A stretch of DNA of 64,000 nt from Candidatus Latescibacterota bacterium (GCA_965204375.1 OZ241986.1:4288001-4352000); one strand, 5' to 3'. Numbered from the stretch's first letter, positions 10,179 through 19,648 are shown. Numbers and translations are program-made. Notes: generated by a model not told the origin, from the sequence alone.

Positions 10179-11165
10179 ATGGACGCCATTTTTCTCCTCC
10201 TCATTGTTGTAGCCGCTATTCTGGGACTCTCCCTCTTCTTCTACTTCATCCCCGTCGGCCTCTGGATCTCTGCCCTCGCTGCGCGCGTGCGCATCGGCAT
10301 TATCGAACTCATCGGTATGCGCCTGCGCCGCGTGCCCCCGCGCGTCATCCTCGGCTCGCAAATCAACGCAACCAAAGCGGGCCTCGACATCCCCACTGCA
10401 TTTCTCGAAGCCCACTACCTCGCCGGGGGACATGTCGAAAACGTCGTCAACGCACTCATCGCCGCAGACAAAGCCGGCATTGGCCTGACCGGCGAACGCG
10501 CCGCCGCCATCGACCTTGCCGGGCGCGACGTACTCGAAGCCGTACAGGTCAGCGTCAACCCCAAAGTCATCTCCACTCCCATGGTTACTGCCGTAGCCAA
10601 AGACGGCATACAGGTCAAAGCCACCTCGCGCGTCACGGTTCGCGCCAACATAGAGCGCCTGGTCGGTGGCGCGGGTGAAGAAACCATCATGGCCCGCGTG
10701 GGCGAAGGCATCGTCACCACCATCGGCTCCTCGGAAACCCACAAAGACGTACTCGAAAATCCCGACATGATCTCCAAAACCGTACTCGACAAGGGTCTCG
10801 ACTCGGGCACCGCCTACGAAATCCTCTCCATCGACATCGCCGACGTGGATGTGGGCGACAACATCGGTGCAAAACTCCAGACAGATCAGGCCGAAGCCGA
10901 CAAAAACATCGCACAGGCGCGCGCCGAAGAACGCAGAGCAATGGCCGTTGCACAAGAACAAGAAATGTCAGCCCGCGTTGAAGAAATGCGCGCCCGCGTC
11001 GTCGAAGCCGAAGCCGAAGTCCCGCTCGCAATGTCCGACGCATTCCGCAGTGGCAATCTGGGCATTATGGACTACTACCGCATGCGCAACATCGAAGCCG
11101 ACACGCAAATGCGCGAAGGCATCGCTGGTGAAACCGAGGAAGAAGACGATAATGAAAGCAGGTAA
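10179..11165 (+). CDS. floA: Flotillin-like protein FloA (YqfA)
   Basis: [57 protein letters not shown]. Confidence 0.95.
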   Translation: MDAIFLLLIVVAAILGLSLFFYFIPVGLWISALAARVRIGIIELIGMRLRRVPPRVILGSQINATKAGLDIPTAFLEAHYLAGGHVENVVNALIAADKAGIGLTGERAAAIDLAGRDVLEAVQVSVNPKVISTPMVTAVAKDGIQVKATSRVTVRANIERLVGGAGEETIMARVGEGIVTTIGSSETHKDVLENPDMISKTVLDKGLDSGTAYEILSIDIADVDVGDNIGAKLQTDQAEADKNIAQARAEERRAMAVAQEQEMSARVEEMRARVVEAEAEVPLAMSDAFRSGNLGIMDYYRMRNIEADTQMREGIAGETEEEDDNESR

Positions 11166-11173
11166 GACGTAAA

Positions 11174-11237
11174 ATCCACGAAGAACACGAAAAAACACGA
11201 AGGGATAGAACGTAGGGGCGACCCCCTGTGGTCGCCC
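11174..11237. repeat. 9-10-mer ACACGAA repeats followed by a GTAG-type REP (11212-11237)
   Basis: ATCCACGAAGAACACGAAAAAACACGAAGG, then GTAGGGGCGACC-CCCTGT-GGTCGCCC. Confidence 0.7.
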
Positions 11238-11269
11238 GCACCATAACCCCTAACAAACGGACCTCCATC

Positions 11270-11842
11270 ATGGAACTGGAAGTAATCATACCGATAATCG
11301 TATTCCTGCTCTTCAGCCTTATCTCGCCGCTCATAAAAAGGCTGCGAGGCACCAGAGAACCCGATGAAACCAAACTTCAGCGCAGGCAAACGTCCCGCGA
11401 CGCAGGCGCCGACGACCCCTTTGAAGAAGAGTTTGACCTCTCTGAATGGGAAGTCCTCTTCGGATCTCCCGAACCAGAACCCAAGCCAGACCCCAAACCC
11501 TCTTCAGAGTTCCAGGAAGTGCAGGGCAAACGCCCCGTCTCTGAAGCGGACACAGGACCAGAATTTCAAGAGGTACATGGCAAGCGCCCCGTCTCCGAAG
11601 AAGACACAGGACCAGAATTCCGGGAAGTCGAGGTCAAACGTCCGGTCTCTGACGAATCGTCTTACATCGAAGGCAAAACCCTATTTACACGCGCATCTGA
11701 AACCGAAATACGCCTGCGCCCCAAACGCAAAAAACGCCGTATAAAACTCGATTTTGAACCCGACACCATCCGCAAAGCCATCATCTACAACGAAATCATT
11801 GGACCGCCCCGCGCTGAAACAGATCACTTCAAAAACCCTTGA
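11270..11842 (+). CDS. YqfB-like membrane-anchored protein with three 18-aa internal repeats
   Basis: N-terminal TM, C-terminal RKAIIYNEIIGPPRA typical of the third gene in nfeD-floA operons; 54-bp repeats at about 11505-11653. Confidence 0.7.
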   Translation: MELEVIIPIIVFLLFSLISPLIKRLRGTREPDETKLQRRQTSRDAGADDPFEEEFDLSEWEVLFGSPEPEPKPDPKPSSEFQEVQGKRPVSEADTGPEFQEVHGKRPVSEEDTGPEFREVEVKRPVSDESSYIEGKTLFTRASETEIRLRPKRKKRRIKLDFEPDTIRKAIIYNEIIGPPRAETDHFKNP

Positions 11843-11886
11843 CACGCAATCCCGCGTTTGGGATATTGTTCACCACGGCTACAAGT

Positions 11887-11973
11887 GCCGAAGTGGTGGA
11901 ATTGGTAGACGCGCTGGACTCAAAATCCAGTGGCCGCAAGGCCGTGTGGGTTCGAGTCCCACCTTCGGCACCA
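11887..11973 (+). tRNA. tRNA-Leu (CAA)
   Basis: GCCGAAGTGGTGGAATTGGTAGAC...CTCAAAA...GTTCGAGTCCCACCTTCGGCACCA, long variable arm. Confidence 0.96.
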
Positions 11974-11982
11974 TACAAACAC

Positions 11983-12022
11983 AAGGGCTTACGTCGGAAT
12001 GGCGTAAGCCCATTTTATTTTT
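11983..12022 (+). terminator. Intrinsic terminator after tRNA-Leu
   Basis: GGGCTTACG/CGTAAGCCC stem followed by a T-rich tract. Confidence 0.75.
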
Positions 12023-12143
12023 AATGCGAATAAAAGCAACCACCGATGAACACCGATGAACACAGAGTAAACGGCTCACAGGTAGCGGTCAGCTAACTGC
12101 TCGTATCGAGGCAGGGGGGTCTCTCTTACAGGTCTAAATAGCT

Positions 12144-13115
12144 ATGCCAGACAAAAAACAAATCGTCCGTCAACTGGACATCCTCCGCACACTCGACGCC
12201 TGGAGGTTTGGCGCAACACTCCAAGAACTCGCCGACGAGTCAGGCGTCTCAACGCGCACCATACAACGGGATATCAAGGATCTAAAAGAAGCGGGCTTCT
12301 TGATCGATGACGAGGTGCGAGACCGAAGAACATACTTTAAACTCGAAAACAACCTGCCGCCACTGAACTTTCCCATCGACGAAATTATCGCGCTAACCTT
12401 CATCGAAGAAATCGGCAGTCCGCTTGAGGGCACGCCATACAAAGAAGCATTTCAGAAAACCCTGAACAGAATCAGAACAGTGCTTCCAGAAGAAATGCGC
12501 GTATTTTTAGAAAAGGCGGGCGCGGCTTATTATCCCCATCATCGCGGGCAAAAAAAGCTGATATATCCCGAAGTATTCAAAACTGCTCATCGCGCAATCA
12601 AAGAACGCAAAGTGTGCAACGTCACTTATCACGCCATCACAACCGGACAAACCAAAACCTACCCCATTACCCCCTTCAGATTCTTGTATTATCACAACGG
12701 ATATTATCTTATCTGTCGCAATCCAAATTACGACGACTTACTCACACTCGCGGCAGAACGCATTCAGGACCTCGAAATCACATCCCAAACCTTTGACCCA
12801 CCCGATGATCTGGATATCGAAAACCGCATCCAACAGGCTTATGGTATCACACTCGAAGATCCGATGGACGTCAAAATCCGCTTCTCCGCCTGGCAAGCTC
12901 GCTACATCAAACAACGGACCTGGCACCCCTCACAAGAAATTGAAGAACTGGACAATGGCGAAATCATTCTCTCCTTTCAAGCTGGCGGTTTTTACGACAT
13001 AAAATCATGGATCCTGAGCCATGGTGCAGATGCAGAAGTCCTCGAACCAGCCGACCTGCGCGAAGAAATAATCAAAGAACTGAAAAAAAATCTGAATTTT
13101 TATAAAAAAACTTGA
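12144..13115 (+). CDS. HTH-WYL-WCX transcriptional regulator (PafBC/BrxR-like architecture)
   Basis: ELADESGVSTRTIQRDIKDL winged HTH; ITPFRFLYYHNGYYL and LAAERI WYL domain; WILSHGADAEVLEP.DLREEI WCX end. Confidence 0.93.
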   Translation: MPDKKQIVRQLDILRTLDAWRFGATLQELADESGVSTRTIQRDIKDLKEAGFLIDDEVRDRRTYFKLENNLPPLNFPIDEIIALTFIEEIGSPLEGTPYKEAFQKTLNRIRTVLPEEMRVFLEKAGAAYYPHHRGQKKLIYPEVFKTAHRAIKERKVCNVTYHAITTGQTKTYPITPFRFLYYHNGYYLICRNPNYDDLLTLAAERIQDLEITSQTFDPPDDLDIENRIQQAYGITLEDPMDVKIRFSAWQARYIKQRTWHPSQEIEELDNGEIILSFQAGGFYDIKSWILSHGADAEVLEPADLREEIIKELKKNLNFYKKT

Positions 13116-13189
13116 CCACCTGTGACATACCCTGTCATACCTCTTATTTATCTTAGAGACGCATTCCTTACAATGCGTCTCTTTTTTTT
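13112..13189 (+). promoter_or_regulatory. Putative WYL box/promoter plus hairpin terminator, copy 1
   Basis: GACA-TACCC-TGTC (13124-13136), 12 nt, TATCTT (13149-13154), AGAGACGCATT/AATGCGTCTCT hairpin with T-run. Confidence 0.7.
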
Positions 13190-13216
13190 GTAAAAAAATC
13201 ATGAAAAACTAAAACC

Positions 13217-13232
13217 TGGCATAGTCTTTGCT
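13217..13232 (+). promoter_or_regulatory. Sigma-54-type promoter upstream of the triple-AAA gene
   Basis: TGGCATAGTCTTTGCT (GG-N10-GC). Confidence 0.55.
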
Positions 13233-13294
13233 CTGATATACACCCAAAAGCAAATCAGATTCCGATACACTACATAAAGGAGATCAAATACGCC

Positions 13295-16141
13295 ATGAGA
13301 AGAGAACACAGACACCGCAGACGTTCAAGGAAATTTCGATCCGTGAATGAATACAGCCTGTACAGAAATCGGATCTACCTGCTAAACACACTCCGCGCTG
13401 CCCAGCAGAACCGCACCGTGCAAAAAGAACTGGTGGAGTGGTTCAAGCGCAATGAGGATGAACTGGAAATCACGGTCCCCTTCCTCATGCAAAAGTACTA
13501 CAAAGCAATACCGGGACGGAGGTCCTATCGATACGAGACCGAATCTTCCTCATCACCAGAGGATCCGGCTCAACGAAAAGCTGCTGAAACCCGATTCATC
13601 AACTCTTCAGTGAAAACCCTGGAGCGGAAAACCCGCGAAGCTCCGCCGCCAGACGCCGCCCAGACAGCGACCCACCTCGTCATCCAGCGATTCTCCCTAA
13701 AACCAATGGCTGGCGCACTGCTCCAACTCGCGTATTACTATCATATCTACCACTCTACAGCCCACAGCCTGTGGGACCAACTCCAGGACGTGGCCCAGGG
13801 GCATATTGAAACGACCGCGATCTTGCTGGACTGCTCTCCCGAGGAGGTGGAGGACGCATTCCGCGAACTCGCCGATGTGGGCATCGCCGACAGGGAAAAC
13901 CTGAGCGATAGAAGAACCGATCCCGGCGACTACACCCATCCCTATTTTGACCGGGTATGGCATCCGCCAGTGCGGAATATGGACGAATTGATGGCGCGTC
14001 TGGTCAGCCAGCCATGCGAGGCCAAGCTGGACCTGAAAGACTTCGCGCACCTCAATAACCGGGACAATGCCGTGCATATTCTCAGTGCAGCGATACAGGA
14101 GCGGCGCGAAGAAAAACCTGCAACAGGCGTAAACATCCTGTTATACGGTCGTGCTGGCACAGGAAAAACCGAATTTGCCAAAACCCTATCCTGCGCCGCT
14201 GGCGCTTGCCTCTATTCCATCGGCGAACCGGGCCGGAATGAAAAGGAAAAGTCCGATACCGAACGCGATTGCCGCGCCCGACGTCGCAACCAGATACGCA
14301 TGGCCCAGGCTCTCCTGCGATCCGTACCCGACGCCGCGATCTTGTGCGACGAAGCCGAGGATGTCCTGGACTCCTCTCACGGCACCCGCCTCATCAACCA
14401 CCGCCTGCTGGAAAACACCCCCGTACCGATCATCTACACGGCCAATCGCCTGGACCACCTGGACGAAAGCATGCTGCGGCGCTTCACGTACATCCTCAAA
14501 TTCACCGCCCACAGCCCCACCCGCCAGACCGCGATCCTACAACGGATGCTCGAGGAAAGCGGTATCGAAGGCATCGATACAACCACATGTGCGCGACGCC
14601 TCGTGGATCAACTCGAATGTCCCCCCGCCATCCTGGCAAAAGCCATCGAAACAACCCGTCTCATAAACGGCAAGGAGAACAACATCTACCACTTCTGCGA
14701 ACAATCAGAACGCACCATCGCCACCCATTGCACCCGCCTGCGCCTGGGACCTCCGGTCAAACCACAACTTCCGTGGGAATCTTATGCACACCTCGGACAA
14801 GACGCCGAAGACATCCGGCATACCCTCGCCGCGGTACTGGGTACAAATAGCAAGGGCGTCAACATCCTCCTGTACGGACCCCCCGGCACCGGCAAAACCG
14901 AATTCGCCCGCACCCTCTGTGGCGAAGTCGGCGCACAGCTATACGCCATAGGAGAAAACGAAATCGGCTCAGACGCACGCCCGAGCGCAGACCGCACAAA
15001 AACACTGGACTACGCCCTTGAAGCCCTATCCGACGAACCAAATACTGTGATCCTCTTTGACGAAATGGAGGACTTTCACCAGCCGAAAAAACTCTATCTG
15101 AACCGCATAGTCGAAGAAAACCCCGTACCCATAATCTGGGCGTGCAACGCCATATCCTATTACCGCATGTTTGAACCCTTCTTCATCGACCGCATGCTAC
15201 ACGCCATCGAGTTCCGCCACATGCCTGCCCAGGCGCGAGAGCATGTGTACTCCAGCATCCTGCGCGAAGTGCGTATTCCAGACATCGAGACCCGGCAACT
15301 CTCCCAAGAACTGGCACACAACAACAAAATAACCCCTCGCCAGGTCGCTCTTGCTGCCAAACAGGCCACTCTCATCAGCGGAAACAGTCAGACCATCAGG
15401 CGCAACATAGCCCAAAAAGAAAAACTGCGCCATGGCACCCGTCCACCCGACATGCGCCCGATCGAACACTACGACCCGGCCCTCGTCCGCGCCGACATCA
15501 ATCTGGAAGTGTTAGCCGAGCAAATGGTCGCCCTCGGCACGCGCCGATTCTCGCTCTGCCTGTGCGGACCTCCGGGAACGGGCAAAACAGCTTTTGTGCG
15601 CTACATCGCCGAACAAATGGGCATAGATATCCTTCCCAAGCGCGCGTCCGACCTCCTGAACAAATACGTCGGAGAAAGCGAGCAGAACATCGCATCGGCC
15701 TTTGCCGAAGCCCTCCAGACCAGCGCATTTCTCGTATTCGACGAAGTGGATTCGCTCCTTATGGACCGGCAATCTGCCCAACGATCATGGGAAGTGAGCA
15801 TGGTCAACGAACTGCTCAGCCAGATGGAGCGGCACCCCCTCCCTTATGCCTGCACCACGAACCAGTGGGACATCATCGACCCGGCAGCCGCACGCCGCTT
15901 CGTATTTCGCGCCGAATTTTACTACCTGGACCAACCGCGCATCAACCGCGCCTTCGCACTGTTCTTCAACAGCAAAGCACCGTCCTCCGTACTCGCACTG
16001 ACCAAACTCACCCCCGCCGACTTTGCCAACGTGCGAGAACGTGCAGAGATACTGGGCTTCCTGAACGACCCCGAGCGCATCGCGTATGCCCTCGCCGAAG
16101 AATGCCGCATAAAACCCGGCGGCGTCTCCGTCGGCTTCTGA
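13295..16141 (+). CDS. AAA+ ATPase with three tandem AAA modules
   Basis: Walker A GRAGTGKT, GPPGTGKT, GPPGTGKT; Walker B ILCDE, ILFDE, LVFDE; Arg fingers RRF, DRM, RRF; AAGGAG RBS. Confidence 0.9.
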   Translation: MRREHRHRRRSRKFRSVNEYSLYRNRIYLLNTLRAAQQNRTVQKELVEWFKRNEDELEITVPFLMQKYYKAIPGRRSYRYETESSSSPEDPAQRKAAETRFINSSVKTLERKTREAPPPDAAQTATHLVIQRFSLKPMAGALLQLAYYYHIYHSTAHSLWDQLQDVAQGHIETTAILLDCSPEEVEDAFRELADVGIADRENLSDRRTDPGDYTHPYFDRVWHPPVRNMDELMARLVSQPCEAKLDLKDFAHLNNRDNAVHILSAAIQERREEKPATGVNILLYGRAGTGKTEFAKTLSCAAGACLYSIGEPGRNEKEKSDTERDCRARRRNQIRMAQALLRSVPDAAILCDEAEDVLDSSHGTRLINHRLLENTPVPIIYTANRLDHLDESMLRRFTYILKFTAHSPTRQTAILQRMLEESGIEGIDTTTCARRLVDQLECPPAILAKAIETTRLINGKENNIYHFCEQSERTIATHCTRLRLGPPVKPQLPWESYAHLGQDAEDIRHTLAAVLGTNSKGVNILLYGPPGTGKTEFARTLCGEVGAQLYAIGENEIGSDARPSADRTKTLDYALEALSDEPNTVILFDEMEDFHQPKKLYLNRIVEENPVPIIWACNAISYYRMFEPFFIDRMLHAIEFRHMPAQAREHVYSSILREVRIPDIETRQLSQELAHNNKITPRQVALAAKQATLISGNSQTIRRNIAQKEKLRHGTRPPDMRPIEHYDPALVRADINLEVLAEQMVALGTRRFSLCLCGPPGTGKTAFVRYIAEQMGIDILPKRASDLLNKYVGESEQNIASAFAEALQTSAFLVFDEVDSLLMDRQSAQRSWEVSMVNELLSQMERHPLPYACTTNQWDIIDPAAARRFVFRAEFYYLDQPRINRAFALFFNSKAPSSVLALTKLTPADFANVRERAEILGFLNDPERIAYALAEECRIKPGGVSVGF

Positions 16142-16217
16142 CAGCATTTATTGCGAGACAAAATATGAGATAAAACAAAGGTATTGCCTGCAATTGAAAT
16201 AATCGCTAACTTACGGT

Positions 16218-16498
16218 TGTCAACCATTGAGCAGAGTCCCGCATGTCGGGTAGCCTGCTGAATACAACAGCCCATCAACGGCAACGGGTAGCTCCCTGAG
16301 CCAGGGCAAATAAGCAGGACTGTTCCCGCATCTCTCTGCGTGATGGTTGACACTACCCGGCACCCTTCCCGGGCCCGAGGTAAGGTCAACTATCAACTGT
16401 CAACCATCCAACCTCTGACACGCAAAGGAGAGATGCAATGTTCAAGAATACCTTCGCCTGACCGACTTCAGGCAGCCTTCCTTTCTTTTCCTTTTTTA
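16218..16498 (+). ncRNA. Candidate structured RNA or switch-like leader
   Basis: Alternative 10-11 bp helices, SD-sequestering helix, upstream TTGCCT-17-TAACTT, terminal hairpin with T-rich tract. Confidence 0.45.
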
Positions 16499-16659
16499 AC
16501 CTGTCTCAAAATCCCTGGAACGTCCCCCGTACGTCTCCGCGCAAATATGACGTACAGGACGCGGATGGAAACGTGTGTGTATGGTTCTTTGCTATCTAAT
16601 AAATATTAGACGTAAAAGGCCCTCAATGCACGACTTTCTAACTATTGGAGGATTGTAGG

Positions 16660-17304
16660 ATGAACAATCTTGTAAAATCTATGGGAATTCTGGTAGTTGT
16701 ATTTTCGCTTTCTGGCTGTAAACTGACAGCAGAAACAGAAGTGAGTCTTAAAGATATCTTAGAGTCTGAAACGAAAAATATTGGTGGTGATCTTTATGTT
16801 GAGGTTCCCAGTTGTAACAGCTATGAAGATTCTCGCAAACCATCGGACTCTGTCATTAAAGCTCAACAAACCATTCCAAGTGTATTTAAGGATGCAGAAT
16901 ATATCGAATGTTTTTCAAAGAAGTTCGATTCATTAGCACATTTCAGGATTCCAGTTATCCTTGACAAGGACCTGGATGGGAAATGGGCATCGGAGTCGCA
17001 TATAAATATTATTTCCAATAATGAAGAACTTCTCATGGTTGGCATTCCACCATCAATAAAAGCAAATATGGAAAACGCAAAACGCAAGAGCTTCCGATCT
17101 TTTGATCTTCAAGTTAATATCAAAATCAATAATGATACCGGAAAGGCATTTCCATTCACGGTGATGGCGGCTTATGTAGAAGGAAAGCCATTTGTTTTTC
17201 GTAATTTGTCCGCCAAAGCCAATAACTCATTTGTCGTAACCTTGTCTGATGTATCAGTTAGCAGAGCCTTAGAAACTGGCATTGCAAAGGTACTTAAGCG
17301 TTGA
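16660..17304 (+). CDS. Putative lipoprotein, unknown function
   Basis: Signal peptide with LSGC lipobox; GGAGG RBS; AT-rich. Confidence 0.75.
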   Translation: MNNLVKSMGILVVVFSLSGCKLTAETEVSLKDILESETKNIGGDLYVEVPSCNSYEDSRKPSDSVIKAQQTIPSVFKDAEYIECFSKKFDSLAHFRIPVILDKDLDGKWASESHINIISNNEELLMVGIPPSIKANMENAKRKSFRSFDLQVNIKINNDTGKAFPFTVMAAYVEGKPFVFRNLSAKANNSFVVTLSDVSVSRALETGIAKVLKR

Positions 17305-17329
17305 AATCGCCTGATAGAAAGGACTGGTA

Positions 17330-17692
17330 ATGATTCATTTACGATTGGTTGTTTTGGCTTTTGTTTTAATCGCTTGCGAAAAAGGTGTTGCACCACATGA
17401 ACCGTGGATTGTTGAAGGAAGTGGAGATAAAATTATTAATGTTCCCAGCGGTGTTATTTTGGTTGATATTTCTGCCACTTCTTTTGTTCAAGGAACTGTT
17501 CAAGTTGAGGTGAAATGTCTATTGGAGTCCGGTATATGGTGGCCCGAAACAACTTTTGTACTTGGGACCGCACAAGGCTTATCTCCTAAAGGGTCAAGCC
17601 GAGAGAATATTTCCGATTGCTTACAATTATCTTTCGAGACAACACCGCAAGATCATGACGATATACGCTGGACTGTTGAAAAAGTGCAATAA
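17330..17692 (+). CDS. Putative small lipoprotein
   Basis: Hydrophobic signal ending LIAC; AAGGA RBS. Confidence 0.6.
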   Translation: MIHLRLVVLAFVLIACEKGVAPHEPWIVEGSGDKIINVPSGVILVDISATSFVQGTVQVEVKCLLESGIWWPETTFVLGTAQGLSPKGSSRENISDCLQLSFETTPQDHDDIRWTVEKVQ

Positions 17693-17745
17693 AACAGCCA
17701 ACGATTATCAAATGGCAAAATCCTATTATCAAAATGGAGAGTTAC

Positions 17746-18087
17746 ATGCAAAAAGCTGGAGGAATCATCGCTCTCATTGCAGGGATTCTCGCCGTATTCG
17801 CGGCGGGAGTTACCTTGATCTCTGGCGGACTGGTCAGCGCGTTCGACGCGGAGAAAGGGGACATCGTAGTTTTTCTTGGATGGGGCGGCGTGCTGTTTTC
17901 GTTCACCACCATCATCCTGGGTGCTGTCGCCATATGGGCGAAGGGGCGAGTTCCAGGAATCCTGTTGATCGTATCTGCGGTTTGGGGAGCCATACTGGGA
18001 GGAACCCTGGTCGCCATCTTCATGGGACTCGCGCTAATCGGAGGCATCCTGACCATCCTCGGCACAGGGAAATCCGCAACCGAATAA
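17746..18087 (+). CDS. Small Gly-rich 4-TM membrane protein
   Basis: Four hydrophobic segments; GGAG RBS before MQKAGG. Confidence 0.7.
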   Translation: MQKAGGIIALIAGILAVFAAGVTLISGGLVSAFDAEKGDIVVFLGWGGVLFSFTTIILGAVAIWAKGRVPGILLIVSAVWGAILGGTLVAIFMGLALIGGILTILGTGKSATE

Positions 18088-18151
18088 CCGAGTATTACTC
18101 GTTGGACCTGATCTTCTGATTGAATTAAAAACTATCACCATTGGTTATTAA

Positions 18152-18415
18152 AAAGAGGACGAAGAGATCGCACGTATTATAGAGAACAATCCAGACGCAT
18201 CATGTGAAGAAATTGCCACAGCGCTCATCCATGCCGTGGAAAAAACTAGACATCCTTGCCAGGACAATACGACGGTGTTGCTCTACAAGCCAGAAGCCGA
18301 TTTGGGGGAGGGAATGCTTCCCGAGAAGCCCCGAGAAACAGGACCAGAAACAGGCTTATCAAGACTCTGGTCTGGATTTAAGAAAATGCTCACAAAATCT
18401 CCAGGTCAGGCTTGA
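18152..18415 (+). pseudogene. 5'-truncated C-terminal fragment of a PP2C-type phosphatase
   Basis: Hand translation EDEEIARII...CEEIATALIHAVEKTRHPCQDNTTVLLY carries the terminal PP2C DN motif; in-frame stop immediately upstream and no start codon. Confidence 0.55.
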
Positions 18416-18530
18416 TCTTCTGAGGGTAGAAATTATATTGTAATTGTAAAGAAAACGTTTTTATCTTGAACTCCTGGCTTGGCAATCCCGATGCTCTCAA
18501 ACTTTATCTCCTATCGAAGAAAGGCATCTC

Positions 18531-19640
18531 ATGACAACTCCTAACTTTTACTGCTTCGCGACGAATGAACGCGCACAGGACGCCACCATCGCCTACATAT
18601 TGGCGTGGGCCGACCCAAAATATCGCGAATCGCATCCACGACTTCATGCTCTCGGCACCGAACTGTTGCGTTCACTTCTTCGGACTCAAAAGGTGGACCT
18701 TCCGCTGATTAAGACTCTTTATATTGGAATCCAAGTTGTAATCAAACCTCATCGTGACCGAATTGACATTCTCGTCCAAATCAATATAGACCAAAATACC
18801 GACAGGATCATCTTGATCATCGAAGACAAGGTACGCACCACAGAGCACTCGAATCAGATCAAACGCTACAAGGAGATTGTAAAAGAGAAGTATAGTGGTC
18901 GTTATGACCATTTGGTTGCAGTGTATCTCAAGACGGGAAACGAATCAAGGGAATATCTTCCGCCAAAAAAGAAATGCGGTAGCTTTATGCGTCGTGATCT
19001 CCTTGATGTTCTGGATGGATTTCAAGATACGCAGAATACCATCGTAGATGACTTTCGCACGCATCTCCAGAGATGGGAGGACAACATGAATAGGTGGATA
19101 TCCGAGCATTATCGCAAGTGGCAAAGGGAACAATGGGAAGGCTTCTATACGGCACTGGAATCTATGTGGAGAGAGAATGGGGACTGGTGCGGTTGGGAGT
19201 ATTACTCAAATCGCTCTGGAGGATTTCTCGCGTGCTGGTTGTGCGACGGGCAGAAAGGTGAATTCAACCGGATCGGAACTTGTAAACGGTACGCGGAACT
19301 CTTTATACAGATTCACGACGCGATGCGTTTGACAGTCCGGCTTGGAGCGGGTAAAGCCATGGACAGAGTTGACAACCCCCTCATGTGGCAAGTTTTCAAT
19401 GCCTTGAAAAAGATTAAGGGGAGGACTTCCAGCGATATCGGGATCAAAAAGGCGGGCATATTCAGGGGAGGTAAAGGTGGTGCTATTGCAGACGTAACAT
19501 TCGGTGATCAGGATCCGTGGTTTGCCGTTGACTCTAACGGTATTGTGGACATGGATGCCACTATCGAGCGCCTTCGTCGCTTACTGGAACTGCTACGGCA
19601 AGTTGTGAAGTATCTCAACGAACAGGAAACAGTCAGTTAG
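18531..19640 (+). CDS. PD-(D/E)XK nuclease-family protein
   Basis: RIDILV...LIIEDKV...HSNQIKRY motif (PDDEXK_4-like). Confidence 0.8.
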   Translation: MTTPNFYCFATNERAQDATIAYILAWADPKYRESHPRLHALGTELLRSLLRTQKVDLPLIKTLYIGIQVVIKPHRDRIDILVQINIDQNTDRIILIIEDKVRTTEHSNQIKRYKEIVKEKYSGRYDHLVAVYLKTGNESREYLPPKKKCGSFMRRDLLDVLDGFQDTQNTIVDDFRTHLQRWEDNMNRWISEHYRKWQREQWEGFYTALESMWRENGDWCGWEYYSNRSGGFLACWLCDGQKGEFNRIGTCKRYAELFIQIHDAMRLTVRLGAGKAMDRVDNPLMWQVFNALKKIKGRTSSDIGIKKAGIFRGGKGGAIADVTFGDQDPWFAVDSNGIVDMDATIERLRRLLELLRQVVKYLNEQETVS

Positions 19641-19648
19641 GGCGTGAA

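Noticed and set aside
13295-16141. Sigma-54 enhancer-binding protein or FtsH protease
   Set aside because: No GAFTGA loop, no TM helices and no HEXXH protease domain seen
16218-16610. Group II intron, retron msr-msd or IscB omega-RNA
   Set aside because: No reverse transcriptase or IscB/TnpB ORF nearby and no recognisable domain V; kept only as an unclassified RNA candidate
16600-19640. Integron cassette array
   Set aside because: No intI and no repeated RYYYAAC...GTTRRRY attC hairpins between the ORFs
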